Shown: positions 37,368-49,439 of the stretch, piece by piece
How the letters are laid out: each line of letters begins with the position of its first letter
Numbering within the stretch: the stretch's first letter is position 1
Assembly: GCF_018350175.1 (NCBI RefSeq)
Contig: NC_058368.1
Span: 186,994,001-187,058,000 of the forward strand
DNA: 64,000 bases
Origin: Felis catus
Lineage: Eukaryota
Direction of reading: 5' to 3'
Position numbers and translations under genes: made by a program
Notes under the pieces: generated by a model
What the model saw: the letters and a program-made list of their open reading frames with translations, nothing else
Told to the model about the DNA's origin: nothing
The model's database searches: none

Positions 37368-37842
37368 ATATTAGTTTCCTATTAATGCTGTTACAAATTA
37401 ATACTAATTCAATAGCTTTAAACAACAAATTTATTCTTTTGCAACTTTGGAAGTCAGAATTCCAAAATCAGTTTTACTGGACTAAGGTCAAGGTATTGGC
37501 AAGGATGGTTCCTTTTGTAGGTTGTGAGTAGTTTTTCAAGGGTTAGTAGTCCCCTGTATGCCTTTGTTTGTGGCCCCTTCCTTAATTTTCAAAGCTCATG
37601 GCTCCAGTCTCTGTTTGCATTATCATATTGCCTTCTTCCCTGACTCTGACTATTCCAGTACCCTCTTATAAAGATGATTGTAGTTACATCAGATCCCCCC
37701 CGCAAAATCCAAGAGTATCTCCTCAGCTCAAAATCCTTAATGAATTCATATCTGCAACATCTCTTTTTACTATATATGATAATGGTCATAGGTTCTGATG
37801 ATTAGGACATGGGCATATTGGGGGGTATTATACAGCCTACCT
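37368..37842 (-). mobile_element. MaLR solo LTR (MLT1C/D-like)
   Basis: 'tattagtttcctattaatgctgttacaaatt...aaacaacaaatttattct', end 'ggttctgatgattaggacatgggcatattgggggg...cagcctac'. Confidence 0.85.
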
Positions 37843-37849
37843 GTATAAA

Positions 37850-38198
37850 CAGGTATTCCTGATTTCTGAAAGTTTGGTTTGCACCAGTTCTCTTTTAGGA
37901 AAGACCTACCTTAGCATTTGATTTTGGTATTCCTGATTTCTGAAAGTTTGGTTTGCACCAGTTCTCTTTTAGGAAAGACCTACCTTAGCATTTGATTTTG
38001 GCTAACTGAAGGAAATCCAAAGATAATTTTTGCTTTTATGAGAAAAGCTGTTATTGTATGAATGTAGGTCTTTCCTAAAAGCAAAGCCACCTAGTTAGTG
38101 TGAACATTTGGAAAGTGGGATATAACCTTTGCTTTATGTTTTTGCCTTATTAAAGGTTTTGTAGGAATTCTCTACTTCTAGATAGTGGGGGGAGCCTA
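37850..38198. mobile_element. Rearranged Tigger/MER2-type (Tc1-mariner) non-autonomous DNA transposon
   Basis: Ends 'caggtattcctgatttctgaaagt' and 'acttctagatagtggggggagccta' form degenerate terminal inverted repeats; right flank is TA. Confidence 0.65.
37852..37999. repeat. Perfect 74-bp tandem duplication (2 copies)
   Basis: 37852-37925 is identical to 37926-37999; GG microhomology at the junction. Confidence 0.97.
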
Positions 38199-38959
38199 TA
38201 TACTGACTTGGGTTTCTAAAGGGTTCTCTGGCTACTCTGTTGAGAATAGACTTTTGGAATTGCAAAGGCAGAAACAAAGGAACCAATCAGGTGGCTCTTG
38301 CAAAATCTCAGACAAAAAATGATAATGGTTTAGTTCATGGTGGTGGCAGCAGGGTTGTTGAGAACTCACACCTTGGATATGTTCTGAAGATAAAATCAGC
38401 ATGATTTGCTGCTACCAGCCATGAGGGAAATAGAAGAGAAATTGATCCCTACAAGTCTGAACAGTTGGAAGGATAGATATGCTTATTTCCCAAATGAGAA
38501 ATGTTATTGAAGGAGCAGATTTAGAGGAATGGTAATGAGTTTGGTTTTACACATATTACATTTGAAATGCCTATTGAAGAATCAAATTGAGATGTCAACA
38601 TCTGAATTAAATGTTAGGACTTGAATGTATGTAAACAGGTGAATCAGATTAGCCTTTACCATGGTTGTGCACTGAGAGTTATTACACATTGTACTTTAAA
38701 TGTCATTTTGCTGTTATTCTTCACATATAGTTTACACAGGAACCATTGTGAGGGCAGGAAAATATGAAAGATGGGCAGTAGCAGGGAAGGATTCATATAC
38801 TATAAAAACTCTGGCTATAATACCATTAAAATAGCAATGAAAAGATCCAAAATCCCACTTAACCCCAACACTGTGTATATTTGCAAATATAGTTTCAATT
38901 TCCAAATTTGATAGAGACATCTACCAAGATCCTCTTGAATCTTGGTTTATGGTCCATTT

Positions 38960-39062
38960 CAGTGGTCCTAAACTCTTGGTTTGCATCAGAGTCAGGGAGT
39001 GTGTTAAAATGCACCTTTCTGACTCCATCTCCAGAGCCTGATTCAGAAAGTTTGGGTGGTAA
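38960..39062. mobile_element. MER5A/B-like hAT MITE fragment
   Basis: 'cagtggtcctaaact...gcatcagagtca...gttaaaatgca...ctgattcag'. Confidence 0.65.
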
Positions 39063-39179
39063 TAATAGTGGTCTACAGCCCAGATAGCAGTGTGGGAGAC
39101 GGGGAAAGGAGAGACTGGTTGTGGCAATTGAGGCTATGTATTAGGAGATTGCTTTGGTTTGGTTTGTAGTTAAGAATTC

Positions 39180-39380
39180 GTTGACACTTACCATGAGCAA
39201 ATGTATTACTTTAGTCTCACAACAGCCTAACATGTGGGAAGAAAGTAGTAGTATTAGTGTCGTTTTACAGATGAGAAAACTGAAGCTCTAAGGAATTAGA
39301 TGACTTTCCCAGGTCAATAGCCAGTCAAAGCTATTTTAAACTAAGGCTTTTTGATTCCAACTCCCATATCCCTGCTATTA
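39180..39380 (-). mobile_element. MIR SINE
   Basis: 'ttttacagatgagaaaactgaagctc...tgactttcccaggtca'. Confidence 0.8.
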
Positions 39381-39501
39381 CCTGCTGTTCTGTGTTGGGG
39401 ATGGGAACATGAGAGGATGAGTGGTTGGATGTGTGAAAGGAGGTAATTCTAAGGTGCTGTTGATAATGTCTGGATTTATATTGGGTAATATATACCCAAT
39501 A

Positions 39502-39685
39502 TATAGTGGAGTGATTTCTGGAGTCAGGCTGCCTGGGTTCAAATATGGACTTTGTGACTAGCCAGTGATGTGACTCTGATGCCACCTCTGTCAATATCAC
39601 TTTTCTTGTCTGAAAATAGGGCTTACAAATAACACCTACATCCCAGGGTTATTGTGTTGGTTAAAGAAATTGATAATACACTGAA
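39502..39685 (+). mobile_element. MIR SINE
   Basis: 'tctggagtcaggctgcctgggttcaaat...gtgtgactctg...acctacatcccagggttattgtg'. Confidence 0.8.
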
Positions 39686-39689
39686 GTCT

Positions 39690-40130
39690 TATTCACCAGG
39701 GCCTACAACATCTCTGTATGATCTGTCATCTGCTTTCCTCTCCAACCTCATGCATGAAATACTCTCTCCCATTATGCATCTTGCTCCAGAGATGCTGTCC
39801 TTTTCTTTTTTTTTTTTAATTTCACAAACAAGTCTGGTTCATATGGGACATTTATATTGGAATAATCATCTTCCTGGAAAACTTCCCCCATTAAAAGAAT
39901 GTCAGTTCAAATACATCTCCCATAGAGAAGTTTTCCCCGTATGTTCAAAGAATGTAGTCCTTCCTTCTTGCGTCACTATCTGAAGTTGTTTGTTTACCTG
40001 ATTATTATTAATATAGAATTATACAACTAGAATTTAAGGTGCATAATGTTGCTTGTTCACTACTATAGCCAGAGCTCTTAGAGAAGTACCTGATAGTAGA
40101 GGAAACTCAATGAACATTTGTGGGAGATAA
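39690..40130 (+). mobile_element. L2 3' fragment
   Basis: 'ttgttcactactatagccagagctcttagagaagtacctga...actcaatgaacatttg'. Confidence 0.65.
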
Positions 40131-40132
40131 GT

Positions 40133-40216
40133 AAAGAAGGAGGGAGGAAGGAAAGAAGAAGGGAGGACTGGATGGGAGGAAGAAAAGGGAAAAGTGAGGA
40201 AGGAAAGGAAGGGAAG
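40133..40216. repeat. Purine-rich (GGAA/GGGA)n low-complexity tract
   Basis: Directly visible; follows the L2 tail. Confidence 0.9.
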
Positions 40217-41214
40217 TACTTAGTCTATCACCTGATGCATAGAAGTACTAAAGACATGCTACTATTATTAAAGAAATAGTTATTAAATACCTACTATAAT
40301 CCAGGAGTCATGCTAAGCTAGATTTTCCAGTCTTATAGCAGAGTATATCTTTCTGAACCACTGTTGTGTGTGGACTGAAAAAGTTGGGGTTGGAATGGCC
40401 TACAGTGGGACTCCTTAACTCTTAGGGCTCATTGAATTCAGGACTTACAACCACATCTTCAAAGTATTTAGGCAATTCAAATTCAACTGGAATCTGTCCC
40501 ATGCACACAACTCATTATCCAAGCTCACACCAAACAGATGGACTATGCATTGCACCTAGGAGTCCAGCCAACTCTGGCTGTGCTGGTCGCAATGGAGAAT
40601 CTCACAGAAGTGGAGGTAGAATTTACAAATTTCCAAAGGGGAGTGAGGTCCTAAGTCCCACTTCCAATTTTGAATTGCACAGGTTATGGGTTTTAAATGG
40701 ATCTTTTTATTGTTTATCTTCACTTAATGTTCACTCTTTTTCCATGGGGGATGATAAGACATCATCTGGCACCTCTGCCAACCTCATCATAACAATTATC
40801 TGCCTGGCAGAGAATGGGTGGTTTGGGGAACAGATATAGCTTTTCTAGTGAGTTAAATATACACATTCCTCTTCTGCAAACTTGTGGGCATTGATGAGTG
40901 AAAAGCAGGAAAGGGTTCTATGTGTTCAGAGAACTTTGGCGATCTCTCATTTCTTTACCAGCTTTAATTAGCAACTTGGCAGAAATGCCCTTCAAATGAA
41001 AATGAAACAAGGCCAGTTCCCAAAGCAGAACAATTGTCAGTGTTAAAAAGAATTTTTCAGTCTTCTTTCTTGGGTATTTGCTATAAGATACTTAAGAGAG
41101 CAGCACCAGTAACTTGCTCTTCTTGGAAGACACCCATTCTATCCAGGTTTGGAGTATGTCAATCTAGAAGCCAAGATTTTACTGACTTCCTTGTTTTGGA
41201 AAAATAAGTATTGG

Positions 41215-41490
41215 AATTCAGTTCTCTTCACAAAGATTTAAAGAACATTTACCATGTGCCAGTCCCCATGTGTTGATGTTACAATGGTAAACAAGCCACT
41301 TCTCTCATGGAGCTCCTAATCCAGTAGAAAATATAGTCAAGGAAATAATTCATCACAAGTCAATGTGATGAGAGCGAGGCTGTTATAAGGTACTTTTTGT
41401 AGCCCAGAGATGTTTACCTTATCCACACTCAGGTGGACAGAAAGTCCTGCCAGAGGAAAAGGTGTCTCTTAATCCAAATCCTAAATGAAT
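41215..41490 (-). mobile_element. L2 fragment
   Basis: 'catttaccatgtgccag', 'ctctcatggagctcctaatccagtag'. Confidence 0.6.
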
Positions 41491-44400
41491 CCTAGACCAG
41501 TAAATAGTCAATGATTCTAAGATCTGGGTTTCATTTTTTGAGTTATTAGCCTTATAAACATGGGCAAAACTTTCAAACATCAAAGAACATCAGTCTCTTT
41601 ATTTTGGAAATGGGGATCATAATACATTTCATAGGATCTGGTAACAAAAAAATCTGGGCAAGTAATTCAAATATTCTAAAGCATTCTACAAAGTGCAAGG
41701 CAAGGTATTACATGAGGCACCACTACTACTGATTCTCCAGCATCCCAGCCTATATGTGCTTGGATTAGAGCCAGCAAGTTTGGTTTCAACTTTTCCCAGC
41801 ATCATTTACCTCTGAAAGTGCTTAAAGTTATTTTGTAACCAAGCTCCACAAATGGAAATTCAAATTTATTGCCAGCTTAACTCTGCTGATATTCAATCTT
41901 ATCCCCCACCACATCCCAAGCTCTGACCCCATAAGATTTTTTTTCTAGTCTTCATACTTTTCTAGGAAGCAAAAGAGCATGATCCATGAATATTTACCGG
42001 TATGATTTGTGATTTGTAAGCATATTTGAGTATAAAATGTTAATATTTCAAACATCAAGGTTGAATTGTGTTAAAAAGAGACCAGAGCTCTATTCCAAAG
42101 CAAATATGAGAAACAAGCCTTTCCATGGCATTACAGCAAGATTTATTTTTTATGTCTCATTTTTTATAAAGCACAGCAACATTCTCAACTCTCAGGGAAG
42201 CCCTTCTCACCTATCATCCTTGGATGTACCAGAGTTAAAGTTCTCTTTTCCTAAATTGAAACACATTTTCCCACTAATGAATAGAACAGGGGCTAATGTG
42301 TTAATCTCCAAGTGTGATATCTGGAACTACCTATGAGATAGAAAACCACACTCTAGAAACTGTGGGCCCAATGCTCAGAAAATCAATGTCAATTCCTTAG
42401 ATATATCTGGACAAAAGAAAACACCCAAATGAGACAAGAAGTCAAAAGATAACCTGAAAGGGAAAACAAGAGGAAACACTAAGTGTTAATCTACAGAGAC
42501 AGTGTTTGTACCCTGCCCCACACTGTGGTAATTCAGTATAAGAAACTATTTTTTCTTAGAAACACACTTTGCTAGAGAACCATTAATCCAAATGAGGAGT
42601 TCTCATCCTAATACTGGACCTTAGAACCTAAGATAAAGGCTCCCTTTCAACTCTGCTTGATCTCAACACTTGCATGAGGACTCAAAAGGCTAAAATAAAG
42701 CTAAAGCAGTCAAGGTAAGGGTTAATGGTGTGTGGAGGGGAGGTGTTTATTTTTTCAGAGTACATTGCCATTCATTAAAACCCAGCTGAAGATTTCTGGG
42801 ACTCCTTTGGAAGAGAGTATAGTAAAACAGTTAAAAACCTGGATTCTGGAGTCTATCTTAACTTTAGTTATGCTAGAATTGTTTATTTGCCCACTGTTTG
42901 CATTTTAGGCTAATACAGAAAAGCCATAGTTTCCCTTCCTACCAACAGGTTGAAATCAAAGGAGAGAGCAACGACTTGAGGAGACAGGGAAAGATGGAGA
43001 TCACAAAACCTTCTTTGGGGTATCCTATAAAGGGAGTCAGTGATGAGATAGTACAAAGAACAGGAGTTGAGAATGTTTTCACATCCAAGAGACCACCTCT
43101 CTTAGCAGGACTGACACAGAAACAACTATTTGTCCTCAATCCTGAAGATTGTTTGAGGGCAATTAACTTCTCAGTCTACATTGTGTCTAAAGGAAGAGCA
43201 TCCTTCTCCCTAACCTTGAAAATAGAGTCCAAGAGGTAACACAGAGATGCCTCTGAAACAGAGCTGCCACTGTTGGAATTTATCAATTGTTCCTCTTCAT
43301 GCCTTCACTTTAAACATGTGCCTCTATTGCAAGCTACATCTAACTCTGCCTTACTTTGCATCCTTTAGTTGTATGTTTCCCCCATCTCTTTATTATGAAT
43401 TTAACAAGGTAGCAACCAAACACTGCCTCTCTTTCTTCTTTACACACCTTGCCCACCAAGACTGTACACAGTAAGTGTTCGTGAAGTGTTTGCTGAAAAA
43501 ATAAAATACATGATTGAGATGAAAGTTTCAAAGATTAAGTTTTTTTCTATCTAGTCTATCCCTATGCAAAGTGATAAGGAATGTATGTCTTATTAAAGTA
43601 CTCTAATAAGTATCCTTTTATTACTCACTCTCCCACCACTGTTCCTCATAGTGCCCACTTCCTTTACTGTACATATGATTTATGTTTCAAAAATCCATGT
43701 ATCAAAACTTACCTGTCTTGCTTTCCATTTATGAAAGGAATTATATTTTCAAATTTCCAAGGAAAAAATGGTTTCCTGGTAAACTAAACTGTTCATTCAA
43801 TAGCTGATGACTTCCAGCATCTTAAGTGTGCTAGTCCTAACTAGATTTTATGGGAGGTTCCTGGGACAAATGGCTTCATGAAAAAGATTATGTGTCTTAT
43901 TCTAGATTGTTTAATAAGCTAATGGAAAAATAATATGATGTGGAGAAGCCTTCTAGTCTTCAAATCATTCAACCTGCAACCTAGACCTAGTTATAAATAA
44001 GCATTCATATGATGAATATGAAAAATTCAGATTAAAAAGAAAAGCATCAATCATTTGATTTTCAAAAACTCAAGTTTTGGTAGCTGGTGCCAGAAACCTC
44101 ATAAATGAGCAGCTGCTTGAGATGAGCATTGTATTTTATGTAGTTAAGTGCATTAATTAGAAAAATGAACAAGAAGTCGTGGAAGCTGAGTGTTTTCTTA
44201 TTCTTTGTAAGTCCAGATCTTCAGAATGCCTTCCTGCACTTGACTTTCCTACATCTGTTATTTTACTATAGGCTTCCAGAGTGCCAAGATGTAAATGATC
44301 ATTATAAGTTAAATAAGTCATTTTGGCTAAAAAGAAAACCCAAAGGGGAGATAATGGGGGGAATATCTGCTCTAGGCTGTGTATGAAAAGAAGTGACTGC

Positions 44401-45069
44401 AAAGGACATGATTCTGGAAGGGGAAATTGAAGAAAAACAGCCTAATGTTTTTGCCCATCTTTGATTTTTAGAGGGAGATGAATACGTAGCTTAACAAAGG
44501 TGGAGAAGAAAGAATAGCAGAAAAATAGCAGAGCAAGGTGAAAAAAAAAAGCAGGTCTTTGAGTAAAGATACCTTCTCTGCCACTAATAGGATGCTTCAA
44601 TGGGAAAAAGACACTTTACTTTTTGAGATTCAAGTTGACCTATATAAAAAATGAAGATGTTGAACCAAATGGTCTCCAAAATCCCTTGGTACAATGCTCT
44701 TATGCTCAAGGAATTCAGAAAACTGCTTGGGTGCATTGAACCCTATGATTACAATCTTCACTTATACCCACCTTCCTCTTGTACAAGCTCAGGGTACTTA
44801 ACAGTAGATTAGGCAGAGGGGTCAACTCCCAGGTCTTTGGATCTGAAAAAATGTAGTGTATCTTCTCATTTTTGATTCCAATGATATATTTTGGTTCAAG
44901 ATGCATAAAACAGCTTGTGAAAGATAAAGTCCCCAACCTATACAGCAGAACCATTAGTCACTGCATCTTCTCTGTAGGTAAAGTTTCTTAAAGGATTTGT
45001 CTACAGATATACCTTGAAGCCAGTCACAATGATGTGATGTGCTTTCAACATTTCAAAAGAGCCATATCT

Positions 45070-45170
45070 AGGGGAAAGTGGGTGGTGGGCATTGAGGAGG
45101 ACACCTGTTGGGATGAGCACTGGGTGTGGTATGGAAACCAATTTGACAATAAATTATATTTAATATTTTA
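45070..45170 (+). mobile_element. ~100-bp 5'-truncated felid L1 3' terminus
   Basis: 'gggatgagcactgggtgtggtatggaaaccaatttgacaataaatt' equals the reverse complement of the full-length L1 3' end near 24657-24703; degenerate TSD. Confidence 0.92.
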
Positions 45171-45274
45171 AAAAGGGGCTGTATCTCCAGTTGAGAGGGA
45201 GAAAAACCACCTTTGGAAAGGGTGGGCATAATACAGAGACTGGAAAAGCCCTACAATTAACATCTGTGTCCCAG

Positions 45275-45420
45275 CCATTCATTCATTCGATAAATATCTG
45301 TTAAGTTCCTAGTATGAGCAAGGCACTGTGGTGAGGTACTGGGGAAGAAGTAGTAAGCAGCACAAACTTTCTCCTTACCCCAGTGAAAGTCACAGCTTCA
45401 AAGGTGCTGTGACAGTTTCA
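45275..45420 (-). mobile_element. L2 3' fragment
   Basis: 'cattcattcattcgataaatatctgttaagttcctagtatgagcaaggcactgtgg'. Confidence 0.7.
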
Positions 45421-45616
45421 TGGACTGCTTTCAATTGGCTGTTATGGAAGCCCTCCTTCGATAACAATAATTGAGAATTGAATAAGATTTCCGATCCTTT
45501 TAAATATTCCTCAAGCGAGGTACTTTTCATCTCTTACCCCCAACACCCTATACTTTATCTTCTTTAGGTTGAGCCATCAGATGTGAACCCCAGGTATATT
45601 TAAGAAGAGGGGAACA

Positions 45617-45830
45617 GGGGCGCCTGGGTGGCGCAGTCAGTTAAGCGTCTGACTTCAGCCAGGTCACGATCTCGCGGTCCGTGAGTTCGAGCCCCGCGTC
45701 AGGCTCTGTGCTGACAGCTCGGAGCCTGGAGCCCGTTTCAGATTCTGTGTCTCCCTCTCTCTCTGCCCCTCCCCCGTTCATGCTCTGTCTCTCTCTGTCC
45801 CAAAAATAAATAAAAAACATTGAAAAAAAA
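45617..45830 (+). mobile_element. Young felid CAN-SINE (SINEC_Fc-type)
   Basis: Near-consensus; perfect TSD aagaagaggggaaca. Confidence 0.97.
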
Positions 45831-46894
45831 AAGAAGAGGGGAACAGTATTTTCCATTCTCCCTGTTCTGAATACAAAGTTACATTAATGTAGCTTGTGAT
45901 CCCATTGGTTCTCATATTAACGTAATAATGGTGATGATATTGATGATGGTAATGAATCAGAATAATGAGAATGCCAAGATTCTGAATGCCTGGACTAAAG
46001 TCTGTATTCTATCTCTGTCTTGGCTTGGGTTTCCCCAAGAGAAGGGATGGGTTGGGGAACAGTTAAGAGACCTAGATGGCCTGACTCTGCTTGAACACTC
46101 CTCACATGTAATTAATTAGGCTAAGAAACATTTTCTTCTTCCCTATATTTCTCTGATTGCTCATTCCATGGCTGATAGTGCCTATAAAAATCTTTAGGTC
46201 CTAGCTAGATACTGCTTCCTGTGGGAAACCTTCCTCAACTCCCAAACATGGTTGGCTTGCCCTCTTACGTGTTTCTACATCATCTACCTTTCCTTGCCAT
46301 GGCACTCACCTTGCTATATTTTCATTGTCTGTTGTTCATTTGGATTCATACAGCTTTGAGTTCCAACTGGGCATAGAAGGTGAATGAATGAATGAATGAA
46401 TGATATTGTCTACTTTGCTCCAGACCAAACAAGCATGACCTCCTACATAAATCTGATTTTTTTAAAAAAAAGCACAGATTTGCCTTCAGCATAAATATTG
46501 ATTTAGTCCCAATGAGTATTTTCCCATTAAGCCTACTCTGGTTCCCTCCAGTCCATGAAATATGACTTATTTTGGTTATTGGAATAGAATAAGGAAAAAG
46601 CATGGTTTTTAAACTATTTGGTGGATGCAAATGGAGATAGTCCCACAATAATCAGGTTGCCCCTCCAGCCTGTAAGTCCTGGTGAATCTCCCTAAGCCAC
46701 GTCTAGATGGTATGTTCAGGGAACTAATTAGACTCAAGACCCCACAAGGCAGATGTCCTCCAGATGCTATTGCTAGTGATGCATGAAGAGATCAAGACTA
46801 TGTAACTTCCTCCCTTAACTCTCAGAAGAGTCCTCATGCATCCCAGGGAAACAAAAGCCAGGACCTGAGGAACTGGTAGAAGAACAAAGAATAA

Positions 46895-47040
46895 CATGGG
46901 CATTAGTGTCTAAGAGATCTTGAATTCAACTCTAGGTCTGTCCCTTATCAGCTGCATGACCTCACAAGGCACCTCGCTTTCTTCTGCTGTAAAATGGGGA
47001 TAATGTTTTCTTTTCTTGAAATCATGCCAGGGATTTAATA
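46895..47040 (+). mobile_element. MIR SINE
   Basis: 'cagctgcatgacctc...ctgtaaaatggggataatg'. Confidence 0.65.
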
Positions 47041-47445
47041 TATCCTGATCTTAAAAGATACATGGTAGCATATAGAACAAAGAATATCCAATTTGAAGTC
47101 GAAAGGGGAAAAAAATGTTGCTACTCTTTAGAAGTATATTTTTTTTCCAGAAAGATTCTTTTATGCTATTGCAACTATAGCATGCATCAGGGAAATCTGC
47201 AGGACTTGTTAAAGTAAAGGTCAATGAGCCTGACTCCCTGAGTTTCTGATCCAGTAGGTATGGGGTGAACCAGGCACTATGCTGGGTTCTGGGGCTATGG
47301 GAGTGGGCTCACTGGTCACTGTCTTCACAGACTTCACAATTTAGTGGAGGAGGCAGACATTAAACAATGTTCTCACACATGGAGTTTTCAGAAGGCCATG
47401 TAACATTCAGAGTCTCCCCCCCCTCCAATATATCATCAATCCCTG

Positions 47446-47630
47446 ATTGATTCTCAAACTTCAGTGTACACAGAAATTATCTGGAGTGGTGAGTATTAAA
47501 ATGCAGGTCCCAGGGTCTGCTCTCAGAGAGTTCAGTAGGTCTGGGGTGAAGCCAAGAACCTGAATGTTTTAGAAGTTCCCCAAATCATTCTGATGTAGGT
47601 GGTCTTTCCCCCACACTCTGGAAACATTGC
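47446..47630. mobile_element. MER5A hAT MITE (a second fragment lies at ~47165-47270)
   Basis: 'ttctcaaacttcagtgtac...attaaaatgcagg...cagtaggtctggggtgaagccaagaacctg...ttctgatgtaggtggtc...ccacactctggaaacattg'. Confidence 0.8.
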
Positions 47631-47667
47631 TTTATTAAAGGACATCATTCTTGGCTGGTAGATTTTT

Positions 47668-47874
47668 TTTTAATGGTTATTTATTTTTGCGAGAGACAGA
47701 GACAGAATGCGAGTGGGTTAGGGGCAGAGAGAGAGGGAGACACAGAATCCGAAGCAGGCTCCAGGCTCTGAGCTGTCAGCACAGAGCCTGACACGGGGCT
47801 CGAACTCACGAGCTGTGTGATCACGACCTGAGCCGAAGTCGTACGCTCAACCGACTGAGCCACCCAGGCACCCC
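47668..47874 (-). mobile_element. Felid CAN-SINE (variant subfamily with 'gagtgggttaggggcag')
   Basis: Typical body; TSD gctggtagattttt / gctgatagattttt. Confidence 0.95.
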
Positions 47875-49439
47875 TGCTGATAGATTTTTAATGCAGTCTC
47901 CTAAATTGAAGTAGGCCAGATTGTATTTCCTTCCATTTTAATAAAGGAGTTACTCAAAATTAAATCTCTGTGCTTCACTCTCTTTCTCTGGTATTTCGAC
48001 GGCCTTCAGGGAGCTATTTTAATTAAGTAATTCATGGAGAGAACACCTGTTTAGGTATGCCTTGGCTTTATTTGGAAAACAATAATTATAAATCAAAACC
48101 TCACTATTCTTGGAAGGAGACAGGCATCTATTTGCTTGAAGAATAGATAATATTTGTAAAATGGGAAAGAGCAGTGACAATGTATGTTCAACTATAGACT
48201 AGATTCAAGCACCACCTGATAATATTGATGCAAATAGGTCTCATCTCGTGTAAGGGTTCTAGTCACTGAAGGAGGCCACAGGGAGCTATGCAGCAGAATA
48301 CTCCTAAAATTACTTGTGGGTAATTTTCAGTGGCCCAGAATAAATGTAGAAGATGTCACATGGTAGGACAAGTGCTTGACAGGCTCTGGTTCCTGTTCCC
48401 TCAAGACAAGGGTGCAGGTGAGCAACAGACCACAGATAAAGTGAGCCAGTTCGAGAATGATGCCAATGTAGATAGACATCATCATAAAGCCAATTAGCCT
48501 GAGGCCTCTGAAAGACTTTCAAGCACTTACTCTACAACCACAGGAAGCAAGACCGTGTCAGCAGGGGTTGCTCTTTTCCCCACGTTCCCCCCAGTGACAC
48601 ACTGAAATGCTCTGTTAATGGTCGTTTCATTTGTCCTCTCCCCGTAACATGAGAAGGGGAGCATGAAGATACAATGTACACTGTCAGACTAGCTTGACAA
48701 GACATTAGCACAACATGTAACAGGAAGATGAAGAAAAATACCCCAAATTAATAAAAATAACATACCACATATCAAATGGACAGAAGTTCTTTGGGGCGGG
48801 GGAGAGAAATTTCAGAGACAGATAAAGCGATTGCACTTCTGTCAAATCAGAATGTCCTGTGTTACTAACCTACATTATGAAAGTTGAAAACAAAATTGGT
48901 GTTAGATTACAATCTCAAAAGAGATCCTGGGTGGCATTCGAAATTACTTTGGTCCAGATGACTTATTAATATAGCTAGTGCAAGTCTCTACAACTGAGTT
49001 ATTCATCAAGTCAGAATTTACCCACCCATGTGCCATTATGCCTTTTCTTAGTATTCACTCAAAATATTTATGGATCAGAACCCATGCCGAGCACAGAGTG
49101 AGACACTTCAGAAGGACACAAATTCAGTCACAAGAAGGCACCCTCTCCATCTGGGAAGACAGAGTGCATGCAAACCATATCATCCCACCATATATATTGA
49201 GCCAACTGTTCATATCCTCCTTTGGCTCCCACAGTAAGGAGATAATCAGGGGCAGAGATGATCAGAGAATGCATTTGATAGGAAGCAGAAGAATGTCTTA
49301 TAATGAGTTAAAATAGTTACAATTTTCTGAAGAGGAAATAAGAGTGTATTCCAAGCAGAAGATCTGAAAGGCCTAGAGTTTCAATCAAGTAAATCTTTCC
49401 CTGATGAAAGCACTGGGAATTATATAAACTAAAGTCTGT

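Noticed and set aside
44960..44984. Recursive-splice-like ttctctgtAG|GTaaag
   Set aside because: Short pyrimidine tract, imperfect donor, and no evidence of a host intron
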